A DNA stretch of 20,000 nucleotides from an uncultured virus (IMG/VR IMGVR_UViG_3300029787_000020) (IMGVR_UViG_3300029787_000020); one strand, 5' to 3'; positions 9,185 to 16,843 are shown, counted from the first letter of the stretch. Notes: generated by a model from the sequence alone, not told the origin. Made by a program: numbers and translations.

Positions 9185-10294
9185 ATGTCTGTTACGAGAC
9201 AGAGGGGTTTTGGCCCTGATCAGGTGGTTGACCGTGACCGATATAAAGGTAGGTGGACTAACGAAGAGTGTGAACGTCACACTAAACGAGGAAGATTTCT
9301 AGGATTTAGATTTCTTGATCTAGCAAAATATGGTGGAGACTATCTCCATGAGGAATTATTAAATATTGCTATAAGAGCTGAAGGTAATAAAGATAATGCA
9401 GATCATGTAATAGCCGCATCCTACAAGAAAATAGGATGGAGTTATGATCCATTCCCACCAATAGTAGATTTGAAGGGAATTGTAAAAGATGGAAGAACCA
9501 GAATAAGAGCAGCCATTATAGCAGGTGAAAAATTTATTGTTGTAGCAGTTTTTGAATATCCTGATGAGGAAGATGATGATACTGCCTATGTTCATTCCTT
9601 ATCTGAGGGATTGATTGGTAATGATGATCTTGTAAGCAGACCTACAAAATATAAAGACTTGCTTGAAGCAGGAATAGCTGCTACTACTACAGGCAATATA
9701 CCACACGAGAAATCTGCAATTACAGAGTTAGTATTCAATGAGTTTGAAGCAGAGAGATTTATTGATGTTGGAGAGATACCTACTTTAGTAGAGGAAATAT
9801 ATGAAGCGGTATCTGGTGGACAAGAGGCCATTTGGAACTTAGATAGAGAAGATGTATTGAAATACTTAAGAAATTCTCCTGATCTCCCTAAAGATGCCTG
9901 TCTTGATGGAGATGTATGTGTTGGTGGTAAAAGAGTATTTGTCTATGCAGCCCCTAGTAATACTAATCAGGGTCGTTTATGGGCAAAACTTGCTAGTCAA
10001 ATTCCAGAAGAATCTTATATTGTTCTTTATACCACTAAAAAAATTCCATCAAAAATTAAAAAAGGTTATGATGAATTTATGGAATATGTTGATTGGAGAT
10101 ACAAAGAATGTTTTGAAATAGTAAACAGAACACTTAATCCTAATAGTGATGATGATGAGTGCAAGATTAATATTAAAGCACCTAAGTCAAGGCCATGGGA
10201 AGTTCTTGGTGTTATTCCACAACTTAACAAAGATGAGACACATGTATCTTATCGCAATATGAACAAGTTAATCAAACTTGAGGACTATTGTTAA
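9185..10294 (+). CDS. Protein with N-terminal ParB/Srx-like domain
   Basis: GW....PPIV.....IVKDGRTRIRAA resembles the ParB/Srx DGxxR motif; strong Shine-Dalgarno; the C-terminus is not recognised. Confidence 0.5.
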   Translation: MSVTRQRGFGPDQVVDRDRYKGRWTNEECERHTKRGRFLGFRFLDLAKYGGDYLHEELLNIAIRAEGNKDNADHVIAASYKKIGWSYDPFPPIVDLKGIVKDGRTRIRAAIIAGEKFIVVAVFEYPDEEDDDTAYVHSLSEGLIGNDDLVSRPTKYKDLLEAGIAATTTGNIPHEKSAITELVFNEFEAERFIDVGEIPTLVEEIYEAVSGGQEAIWNLDREDVLKYLRNSPDLPKDACLDGDVCVGGKRVFVYAAPSNTNQGRLWAKLASQIPEESYIVLYTTKKIPSKIKKGYDEFMEYVDWRYKECFEIVNRTLNPNSDDDECKINIKAPKSRPWEVLGVIPQLNKDETHVSYRNMNKLIKLEDYC

Positions 10295-10339
10295 ACTGTC
10301 ACAAGAGGGGTCACACAGACCCCTTTTTTATTATATAAT
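10284..10339 (+). promoter_or_regulatory. Palindrome-hairpin-TATAAT element, copy 2 (hairpin could also act as terminator)
   Basis: ...TTAAACTGTCACA ends at 10303, hairpin AGGGGTC-ACACA-GACCCCT at 10306-10324 is followed by a T run, and TATAAT is at 10334-10339. Confidence 0.7.
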
Positions 10340-10366
10340 ATGTTTATACCAAAAGAGGAAACTACT

Positions 10367-10507
10367 ATGAGATGCGAAGTCAAACTTTATGTTGCTGGTC
10401 GTGTTTTCTACGAGGAAGTAGAGGCAAGAGATTATTCTGATGCTAGAGATACAGCTCTTGCAAGAAATCCAAAAGCAACTGTGGTTAGTGTAAATGCGAA
10501 ATTCTAA
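10367..10507 (+). CDS. Small hypothetical protein (46 aa, MRCEVKLYVAGRVFYEEVEARDY...), not in ORF track
   Basis: GAGG Shine-Dalgarno, first ORF after a promoter element, own translation. Confidence 0.7.
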   Translation: MRCEVKLYVAGRVFYEEVEARDYSDARDTALARNPKATVVSVNAKF

Positions 10508-10727
10508 CTATCAAACCTTTTATAAGGATGCAATAAAAAATAAGAAAGGATATGTAACTAAAGATGGTATGTGGGCTGCCATACCATCTAACGGAAAGAA
10601 GTTTGCTATTGTTCACAATGGTATCGTAGAACACTTCTCAAGAAATTTTGAATGTGCTATGATATACATACAAAAAGGAATTAAAAAAGAGAAAAATGCA
10701 CGATCAAAACTCAATAGATCAGAATGA
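10494..10727 (+). CDS. Hypothetical protein
   Basis: ORF overlapping both neighbours in a compact operon. Confidence 0.6.
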   Translation: MRNSNYQTFYKDAIKNKKGYVTKDGMWAAIPSNGKKFAIVHNGIVEHFSRNFECAMIYIQKGIKKEKNARSKLNRSE

Positions 10728-10974
10728 AACGTCTGTTGAAAAATATCAGAGAGCGTTAGATTTATTTACTGAGTCAGTTATGAAACCTGACCCTGATTTG
10801 CGTGGTTGTGCATATAATCAAAACTGTTATGAGGATTTGATGGAGATACGAGAACACGTTTTAGAATACCTTAAAACTTTAAAGGAAGTCACACACCACA
10901 CCAATCCTGATGAGAGTGATGAACTTGAAACACAGAAACTCATTGATACAAAACCACTAGCAAAATGGCGGTAG
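10696..10974 (+). CDS. Hypothetical protein
   Basis: 92-aa acidic ORF in operon context. Confidence 0.7.
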   Translation: MHDQNSIDQNETSVEKYQRALDLFTESVMKPDPDLRGCAYNQNCYEDLMEIREHVLEYLKTLKEVTHHTNPDESDELETQKLIDTKPLAKWR

Positions 10975-11007
10975 GTATAAGTGCGTAGGCATAAATTTTT
11001 GTTAAAT

Positions 11008-11052
11008 TGTATCGGCAAATACAGACATTATTTGTCTAAATAATGATAGAAT
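11008..11052 (+). promoter_or_regulatory. Putative NtcA box with extended -10
   Basis: TGTA-TCGGCAAA-TACA at 11008-11023 matches GTA-N8-TAC; TGaTAGAAT has its -10 at 11047-11052. Confidence 0.55.
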
Positions 11053-11109
11053 TAGGGGTAACAAGATGATTTAAATCTTTTTGTTATTGTAATTTATTTG
11101 GAGACAATT

Positions 11110-11262
11110 ATGCACAACTTAATTTCGTTTAATCAATTATCTGGATCTTATCAAGAAGAAAAAACAGAAGAAGATTTAATCACAGAATACTACGAGTGTC
11201 TAATTGACTGTGAAGACGACCAACATGTTTGTAAACGTATATGTAAGGAGGTTTTAATTTAA
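11110..11262 (+). CDS. Small Cys-rich protein (50 aa), not in ORF track
   Basis: GGAG Shine-Dalgarno; MHNLISFNQLSGSYQEEKTEEDLITEYYECLIDCEDDQHVCKRICKEVLI, with twin CxxxC motifs. Confidence 0.75.
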   Translation: MHNLISFNQLSGSYQEEKTEEDLITEYYECLIDCEDDQHVCKRICKEVLI

Positions 11263-11343
11263 AACAATTTAGACGTTTATCCTAGCAGACAAATGATTAA
11301 ATATCAACATCCACCTTAAAGTAAAATTAGTTAATAATCATAT

Positions 11344-11376
11344 CCCCTTGACTTTTTAGTTAAGGGGTTTTATAAT
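11344..11376 (+). terminator. Intrinsic terminator hairpin overlapping a sigma70 promoter
   Basis: CCCCTTGACT-TTTT-AGTTAAGGGG followed by TTTT; TTGACT at 11348-11353 and TATAAT at 11371-11376 are 17 nt apart. Confidence 0.7.
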
Positions 11377-11469
11377 AAAAGCAAATTATGAAACATTCTA
11401 AGGATATATACCAATTGCAAAATAATATAGATAGTTTACTTGCAAAAATATCAGAAAGACAATCAGAAA

Positions 11470-11628
11470 ATGAGAGATTGGAATATCAAAAAAACAGCAA
11501 AAATATTAATCAAACGGGCTAAACAAAATCCAAGAATATATGCTAAAGCAGAAGTTTTGTATGCTAAAATGATTAAAAAAAGAGAACACAAAAATGAACA
11601 AAGACAGTCTGAAAATAAATCAGAATAA
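11470..11628 (+). CDS. Small basic hypothetical protein
   Basis: Lys-rich ORF from the ATG at 11470, downstream of the 11348-11376 promoter. Confidence 0.5.
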   Translation: MRDWNIKKTAKILIKRAKQNPRIYAKAEVLYAKMIKKREHKNEQRQSENKSE

Positions 11629-11761
11629 AGACGGATCATTTTCAGTAGAATGGGATAAAAAAGACCCCAATTGGAAATGGATGAATAACTTGACAACAAA
11701 AGAATTGCAAGTTATGATACAACAATCTATTAAATACGATCAAACAAATGTCTCACGATGA
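11594..11761 (+). CDS. Small hypothetical protein (55 aa, MNKDSLKINQNKDGSFSVEWDKKDPNW...), not in ORF track
   Basis: Own translation; fills the space between neighbours and overlaps both. Confidence 0.6.
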   Translation: MNKDSLKINQNKDGSFSVEWDKKDPNWKWMNNLTTKELQVMIQQSIKYDQTNVSR

Positions 11762-11969
11762 TTACTCATTAAACCAACTTGAAGAGTGTATTGATGATAC
11801 TTTACACTCTGCAGCTTCACCAGAAGAAATACATGATGTATTAATTAAGAATGTTAAAAAAAATATCAGGTATCATAAAGCGTGTTACAATGATAGTGTT
11901 CGATTTCTAGCATTACTACGAGGAAATAATAATAAAGAAATAGAAGTAATTGATGGTGATATGTGTTAA
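11748..11969 (+). CDS. Hypothetical protein
   Basis: 73-aa ORF in operon context. Confidence 0.6.
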   Translation: MSHDDYSLNQLEECIDDTLHSAASPEEIHDVLIKNVKKNIRYHKACYNDSVRFLALLRGNNNKEIEVIDGDMC

Positions 11970-12057
11970 GTTATACTATCCAACTATAAAGACAATATAA
12001 AATTTATAACTAGTTTATATAACCTATGTTATAATACCAACACAAACAGGCATAAAA

Positions 12058-12273
12058 ATGGTTAATTTAGACGAAAGATACCACGATTACCTTATTAACG
12101 GTAAACTTATAAGGATGGATGGTGTTAGTGAAAAATTGATTGGTTATGGTTGGCATTGTGATGGAAACGAGATAAAAGGTTACTATCTTACTACAGAGAA
12201 CTATAAATTGTATTATAATAACAACCAAGTATATCAGTATAAAGAACTACTTAAGGAGAAAGTTAATGTCTAA
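12058..12273 (+). CDS. Hypothetical protein
   Basis: 71-aa ORF preceded by an extended -10 TGtTATAAT (12030-12035); overlaps cp12. Confidence 0.65.
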   Translation: MVNLDERYHDYLINGKLIRMDGVSEKLIGYGWHCDGNEIKGYYLTTENYKLYYNNNQVYQYKELLKEKVNV

Positions 12274-12532
12274 AATTAAACACGATTTAGATCACGAAGT
12301 TTATCTTGATCCCAAAGATGGTAAAGAACATACTAATCATGGTATGTTAGAGTACAAGAAATCTGAACTCGAAGAAGTGCATGCAGATTATGATGAATAT
12401 CATAAAGATGATGTAGTAGAACCAAATGAGGGAAAAATTAATGATTGGCACACCAGACACGAGGATAAGCATTTAGAAATATATTGTGATAACCATCCTG
12501 ACGCATTTGAGTGCAGAGTGTATGACGATTAG
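12266..12532 (+). CDS. cp12: CP12 Calvin-cycle inhibitor (auxiliary metabolic gene)
   Basis: C-terminal CP12 signature LEIYCDNHPDAFECRVYDD. The His/acidic N-terminus lacks the N-terminal Cys pair, as in picocyanobacterial/cyanophage-type CP12. Confidence 0.9.
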   Translation: MSKIKHDLDHEVYLDPKDGKEHTNHGMLEYKKSELEEVHADYDEYHKDDVVEPNEGKINDWHTRHEDKHLEIYCDNHPDAFECRVYDD

Positions 12533-12533
12533 G

Positions 12534-12587
12534 CCAGTTTAATAACTATCACACCCTCTTGCACAGAGGGTTTTTTATTGCTATAAT
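12534..12587 (+). promoter_or_regulatory. Palindrome-hairpin-TATAAT element, copy 3
   Basis: CCAGTTTAATAACTATCACA at 12534-12553, hairpin ACCCTCT-TGCAC-AGAGGGT, and TTGCAC (12559) - 17 nt - TATAAT (12582). Confidence 0.8.
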
Positions 12588-12594
12588 GAATACA

Positions 12595-12664
12595 GGGAAA
12601 CAAACTTCTACGTCTGATACATGCTAGGAGTTTTGTTTCTCGCACCCAATTAGTCTTTAGGGTG
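12595..12664 (+). ncRNA. Candidate structured RNA leader (two hairpins) upstream of the nuclease gene
   Basis: GGGAAACAAACTTCTA (12595-12610) pairs with TAGGAGTTTTGTTTCTC (12625-12641); CACCC/GGGTG pair at 12643-12664. The structure starts at the predicted transcription start. Confidence 0.5.
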
Positions 12665-12694
12665 GTTTATACTATGTAAAATTGATTTAATTGT

Positions 12695-13249
12695 ATGAGT
12701 TATCTTGATGACAACCTACTTCCTTTGATTGAGAGTATTAAACCTAAAAAATCTCAATCTTATATACTTGAGGCATTAGATCTAGATCGTTATTCTGCTC
12801 ATGGAATACAGATAACATTTGGTGAGAGAATAGAGCAGTTTTGGAATAAAGTAATAAGTGATAGTTCTGCTATTAATTTGATCGAGGATAATAATATAGT
12901 AGAAGTTAATGGTAAGAATAGACAGATAGATCATCTATTTACAGTTGCACTAAGTAAGTTTTATCTTGAAAGCAAATGTTGCTTAAACTTTGATAGTGAG
13001 AAGGTTAAAGCATCTAATAAAAAAATACAAGAAATAAAGGAAACAGTTGGTGCAGACGAAGCAGGATATTTCATACCAGTAGTATCAACTATTGACCAAA
13101 AGTATCTTACAAAGTATAATAAGAAAGGGTTAAATGTTTATGGTGTTAATTGGTTACTTAGTAAGATAGATGCACCATTTACTGAAGAAGAGTTCTTTAC
13201 ATATATGAGAGAAGTAATTGCACCAGTTCTTGAGAAGAAAGGTTTATGA
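12695..13249 (+). CDS. Putative PD-(D/E)xK endonuclease (type II restriction-like)
   Basis: An N-terminal G..IE helix and QIDHLF...YLESK (D...ExK); ATGA-coupled to a methyltransferase. Confidence 0.6.
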   Translation: MSYLDDNLLPLIESIKPKKSQSYILEALDLDRYSAHGIQITFGERIEQFWNKVISDSSAINLIEDNNIVEVNGKNRQIDHLFTVALSKFYLESKCCLNFDSEKVKASNKKIQEIKETVGADEAGYFIPVVSTIDQKYLTKYNKKGLNVYGVNWLLSKIDAPFTEEEFFTYMREVIAPVLEKKGL

Positions 13250-14040
13250 AACCTGTAGTTAAATATCAGGGTGGTAAGACTAGAGAGTTACCACTAATTG
13301 ATCCTTATATAAAAACAGCAAAAAGAATTATTGAACCATTTTGTGGTGGTGCAGCTGTATCTTTACATGCTAATGTACCATCAATATTAAATGACTGTAA
13401 TAATAATGTTGTTAACTTATATAATATTATAAAAGATAAGAGTTTCTTCAATATATTATTAAAAGATGTAAATTATATTAAGACATTAGAGCATGATGAT
13501 CTTGAAGTAAGATACTATGATGCTAGAGATGTAATTAATGATGATGATGTTGACCCTTATGATCTAGCATTATCATATATTATTGTTAGGCAGTTATGTT
13601 TCTCAGGTATGGAGAGATATAATGCCAAGGGTGAGTTTAATGTACCATTTGGACACTACAAGAAGTTTGCATGTAATCTATCACCTAATCATTATACATT
13701 CTTTAGCCAATGTGAAATATACAATGAGGATGCAGTTAAATTAATAAGAACATTCCCTTTTAAAGAGGGTGATTTCTTATTTCTTGATCCACCATACCTA
13801 GAGCGTTTAGGATACTCTACAGGCGATGGTAGTGATGGATTACACGAAAGATTGGCATCAGTATTAAATAAAATAGATGTACCTTGGCTATTAATACATT
13901 CAGATTGTGATTTTATTAGAAAATCGTATTCACAGTGTAAAATTGATGTTGTCGGGTTCAAGTATGCTCAGAATTTTGGTAAAGGTAAGGATCATTCTAA
14001 TGCTAAGGTCAATCATTTATATGTCAGTTCAGACACTTAA
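13246..14040 (+). CDS. dam: Dam-family (D12 class, alpha group) N6-adenine DNA methyltransferase
   Basis: KYQGGK, EPFCGGAAV, Dam-type recognition hairpin RYNAKGEFNVPFG and FLDPPY. Confidence 0.9.
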   Translation: MKPVVKYQGGKTRELPLIDPYIKTAKRIIEPFCGGAAVSLHANVPSILNDCNNNVVNLYNIIKDKSFFNILLKDVNYIKTLEHDDLEVRYYDARDVINDDDVDPYDLALSYIIVRQLCFSGMERYNAKGEFNVPFGHYKKFACNLSPNHYTFFSQCEIYNEDAVKLIRTFPFKEGDFLFLDPPYLERLGYSTGDGSDGLHERLASVLNKIDVPWLLIHSDCDFIRKSYSQCKIDVVGFKYAQNFGKGKDHSNAKVNHLYVSSDT

Positions 14041-14087
14041 ATAACTGTCACACCCTCTTGCACAGAGGGTATAAAATACCTTATAAT
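14033..14087 (+). promoter_or_regulatory. Palindrome-hairpin-TATAAT element, copy 4
   Basis: ACACTTAAATAACTGTCACA at 14033-14052, the same hairpin as copy 3, and TATAAT at 14082-14087. Confidence 0.8.
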
Positions 14088-14114
14088 ATAAAAGTAACCA
14101 ACACAGGATCATTT

Positions 14115-14594
14115 ATGACTACAACACCAGTTTCCTATGATGAATATACAATTGTTTCAAGTAAAACTACACTTGAAGAGAGAGTATTGGAGTGGACAGA
14201 ACAACTATGTAGATCACTTGAAGAAAATTACAAAGAATATCATTTAAGAACATTAAATGGTAATTTATCAGGTAATTATCCTGAGTATGCCAAAAAACAA
14301 TTAGATGAGATAGAGAACGGAACAGCAAAGTTAATGAAGTTTAGAATAGAGAAAGGTAGAAAATACTATAAGATCATACAACAAAATTATGATACATTTC
14401 AAGATAGAAATGAGTATCGTGATGGAAGTGTTCATGCTTTTGTAAATAAGAAAACTGGTCAAATTTACATGCCAGCTAGTTGGAGAGGCCCAGCTAAGCA
14501 TGTAAGATATGATATGAGAATTATCAAAGAACGTGAGTATGTACTTAATCCTCGCAATTGTGGTTGGGCTGGTGGATACCTTTATTTGAGATAA
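14115..14594 (+). CDS. Phage hypothetical protein (GRKYYKI...SVHAFV...G.IY.PASW..PAK..RY type)
   Basis: The likely start is the ATG at 14115 after AGGA; the track start at 14058 lies inside the promoter element. Confidence 0.8.
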   Translation: MTTTPVSYDEYTIVSSKTTLEERVLEWTEQLCRSLEENYKEYHLRTLNGNLSGNYPEYAKKQLDEIENGTAKLMKFRIEKGRKYYKIIQQNYDTFQDRNEYRDGSVHAFVNKKTGQIYMPASWRGPAKHVRYDMRIIKEREYVLNPRNCGWAGGYLYLR

Positions 14595-14649
14595 CCACTT
14601 CACAAACTGGTACATTGGGGAATAAATTCCCCTTTGTATCGGTTATAAT
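14595..14649 (+). promoter_or_regulatory. Palindrome-hairpin-TATAAT element, copy 5
   Basis: CCACTTCACAAACTGGTACA at 14595-14614, hairpin GGGGAAT-AA-ATTCCCC at 14617-14632, and TATAAT at 14644-14649. Confidence 0.8.
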
Positions 14650-14681
14650 ATTAAAGTAACCAACAAAGGAGTTTTCCCCAC

Positions 14682-14942
14682 ATGACCAACTTCAGAGAAT
14701 TTTTAGATTACTGCATGGATTTCTACAATCCTACATCAGGTTTATATCCGATAGATGGGTTAACTAGGGAAGAGTTAGCACTTGCAACTCTTAACTATCT
14801 TGACTTAGTGGCATCAACTGATATCACATGGGGTGATGGTGACAGTTTAGACAGAGAGAGAGTAAGAGACATTCTTATAGAAACAAGATCTCATAATCAA
14901 GCATTTGAAGATCTTATTAGAAGAGAGGGGATTTATAACTAA
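14682..14942 (+). CDS. Hypothetical protein
   Basis: AAGGAG Shine-Dalgarno; first gene after element copy 5; WGDGDSLDRERVRD motif. Confidence 0.75.
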   Translation: MTNFREFLDYCMDFYNPTSGLYPIDGLTREELALATLNYLDLVASTDITWGDGDSLDRERVRDILIETRSHNQAFEDLIRREGIYN

Positions 14943-15073
14943 TGAACAAATACGAAATCACATGGGATGAACAATATCATCTCATTAAACTCTATGACTT
15001 ACTTAGAGATACTGGTATGATGGATGATCTACCAAAAGAAATCGAAACCTTTTTTGAAAAACTCTTAGATTAA
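14942..15073 (+). CDS. Small hypothetical protein (43 aa), not in ORF track
   Basis: TAATG overlaps at both ends; MNKYEITWDEQYHLIKLYDLL... Confidence 0.65.
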   Translation: MNKYEITWDEQYHLIKLYDLLRDTGMMDDLPKEIETFFEKLLD

Positions 15074-15237
15074 TGAACCAATTTTCACAAATTTACTACC
15101 CACATCTTGACCCATACGAGCAACAGTATAACGACATTTGGTTTATGCAAATGTTATCAAGATTAACTGATGATGGTGTATTGTTTATACCAGATCTTAA
15201 CAAATCATTCAACAAATTAGGACAGGAGATCAATTAA
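15073..15237 (+). CDS. Small hypothetical protein (54 aa), not in ORF track
   Basis: TAATG overlaps at both ends; MNQFSQIYYPHLDPYEQQY... Confidence 0.65.
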   Translation: MNQFSQIYYPHLDPYEQQYNDIWFMQMLSRLTDDGVLFIPDLNKSFNKLGQEIN

Positions 15238-15491
15238 TGAAAACAACATTCACACCCGAAATTATCAAAGAACTCAAGTCATTCTTAGTTGAGAGAACAG
15301 TTGACAATATGTCAACAGAGGACTTAGCTGCCTATGTCACAGCAGACCTTGACCAGTACTATAAGAATATGCCAGAGGTAGAATTTCTTGATATTGCAGA
15401 AAACTATTGGGATGATGGTTTTGATGAAGTAGTCGAAGAGATTGAAGAGTATGCAAATTGTGATTTTAAAAAAGATAGGAGAGCAAACTAA
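15237..15491 (+). CDS. Acidic hypothetical protein
   Basis: AGGAG Shine-Dalgarno; TAATG coupling. Confidence 0.7.
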   Translation: MKTTFTPEIIKELKSFLVERTVDNMSTEDLAAYVTADLDQYYKNMPEVEFLDIAENYWDDGFDEVVEEIEEYANCDFKKDRRAN

Positions 15492-15718
15492 TGAAAACTA
15501 TTACACTCACAGATGAACAATTTGATACTCTATATGAGTATGTTGATGATAAAGTAACAACTATTGTTGATGCTTCAGTTGAATATCAGGACTCAGAAAT
15601 GTTAGAGGAGTGGGAAGACTTGATTGATGTTCATACACTATTAGAGGAAACCAAAGACAAGTATGAACAGAAACTTGCAAAAGCACAGGCAAAACAACCA
15701 TCAATGGAGTGGAACTAA
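15491..15718 (+). CDS. Acidic hypothetical protein
   Basis: AGGAG Shine-Dalgarno; TAATG coupling. Confidence 0.7.
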   Translation: MKTITLTDEQFDTLYEYVDDKVTTIVDASVEYQDSEMLEEWEDLIDVHTLLEETKDKYEQKLAKAQAKQPSMEWN

Positions 15719-15885
15719 TGGATTACATTAACATTATTGAAGTGCTACCANNNNNNNNNNATGACATTATAGATCATGTAGTATCAGAGGGATACTTAGA
15801 TAGTTTATCAGAGGGTAAAGACCAACCTGATGACTATGGAAGTAAAGTTGATGCACTTGTTGATAGTATGGGTGAAACAGAATGA
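15718..15885 (+). CDS. Hypothetical ORF(s) interrupted by an assembly gap
   Basis: MDYINIIEVLP precedes the gap and ...DIIDHVVSEGYLDS...MGETE* follows it; these could be two different genes. Confidence 0.45.
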   Translation: MDYINIIEVLPXXXXDIIDHVVSEGYLDSLSEGKDQPDDYGSKVDALVDSMGETE

Positions 15886-16046
15886 AATTAGACAACTATG
15901 AACTCTCAACGGTTCACTACACATTGAGTTACTACATAGATAATGCAAATCTTGATGAGGATGAAGTAGAATGGCTAAATCTACTCAAAGAGAAAGTGGA
16001 CAGCATTATGGTATCACAGGCACAATATGATATGGAATGTGGATAG
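15882..16046 (+). CDS. Small hypothetical protein (54 aa), not in ORF track
   Basis: ATGA overlap; MKLDNYELSTVHYTLSYYID...; the stop abuts element copy 6. Confidence 0.65.
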   Translation: MKLDNYELSTVHYTLSYYIDNANLDEDEVEWLNLLKEKVDSIMVSQAQYDMECG

Positions 16047-16047
16047 G

Positions 16048-16102
16048 CCACCTAGATTAGTGGCACACTCACCATAAATATGAGCAAATTATCCATTATA
16101 AT
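16048..16102 (+). promoter_or_regulatory. Palindrome-hairpin-TATAAT element, copy 6
   Basis: CCACCTAGATTAGTGGCACA at 16048-16067, a weak CTCA/TGAG hairpin, and TATAAT at 16097-16102. Confidence 0.75.
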
Positions 16103-16126
16103 AAGTATATACATCACAGAGGTCTT

Positions 16127-16357
16127 ATGATTTTTGAAAACACATGGCAAAACGAAACAGTTTTACACGAAGCATTTATTGATGATAATGCTGATGTTTC
16201 AATCAGAGAGGTTACTCTGGGTGGAGATCCAGTAGAGGATTTTGTTTCATATCACCCCAGTATTGGTGCAAGTGATGATGAACTCACAAAAATATGTGAT
16301 GACATCTATCAGACACTTATGGGTGCTTTCGTTGCTAAGATGATGGAGGTTGCATAA
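16127..16357 (+). CDS. Acidic hypothetical protein
   Basis: GAGGT Shine-Dalgarno; first gene after element copy 6. Confidence 0.7.
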   Translation: MIFENTWQNETVLHEAFIDDNADVSIREVTLGGDPVEDFVSYHPSIGASDDELTKICDDIYQTLMGAFVAKMMEVA

Positions 16358-16599
16358 TGACTGTAATACTTGACAGAATTGATCTTTTATGTGAAATCCT
16401 ACAGGACTTCTGCACTAAGCACGATTTACCACTCATGAGTGCAGATGATCTGCTATACTCAAATGAGTTATCCGAGGGTAAAACTTTGACCGAAGATCAT
16501 AAATGTTGGTTGAGAGCATATATCAGCACATGGGATACTGTAATGGAAGAGGATAATCAACAATCTTATGTTAATTCTTTAATCACAACAGGAGTTTAA
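16357..16599 (+). CDS. Acidic hypothetical protein
   Basis: GGAGG Shine-Dalgarno; TAATG coupling. Confidence 0.7.
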   Translation: MTVILDRIDLLCEILQDFCTKHDLPLMSADDLLYSNELSEGKTLTEDHKCWLRAYISTWDTVMEEDNQQSYVNSLITTGV

Positions 16600-16603
16600 T
16601 TTT

Positions 16604-16843
16604 ATGTCACACACAACACAAATTGAGAAAAACCTTGCCTATTGTATTGAATATCTTGAATTAGATGATCTTATGATTGGTGAGATGTTCAAAACTATCG
16701 AAGAATTTGGCATTGCATCAGTTGAGTACTTTTGTGAGGAGTTCGTCTTTAAATGCACCGATAGTCAGGGAAATGATGATTTGGATGCTCTCGGAAGAAT
16801 ACATGATGAGAATTATTTAAAAATTAAGTGGAGATTGACATAA
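16604..16843 (+). CDS. Acidic hypothetical protein
   Basis: AGGAG Shine-Dalgarno; operon context. Confidence 0.7.
   Translation: MSHTTQIEKNLAYCIEYLELDDLMIGEMFKTIEEFGIASVEYFCEEFVFKCTDSQGNDDLDALGRIHDENYLKIKWRLT

Noticed and set aside
11293..11319. Micro-ORF MIKYQHPP between the Cys microprotein and the terminator
   Set aside because: Eight codons with no Shine-Dalgarno; it cannot be supported from sequence alone.
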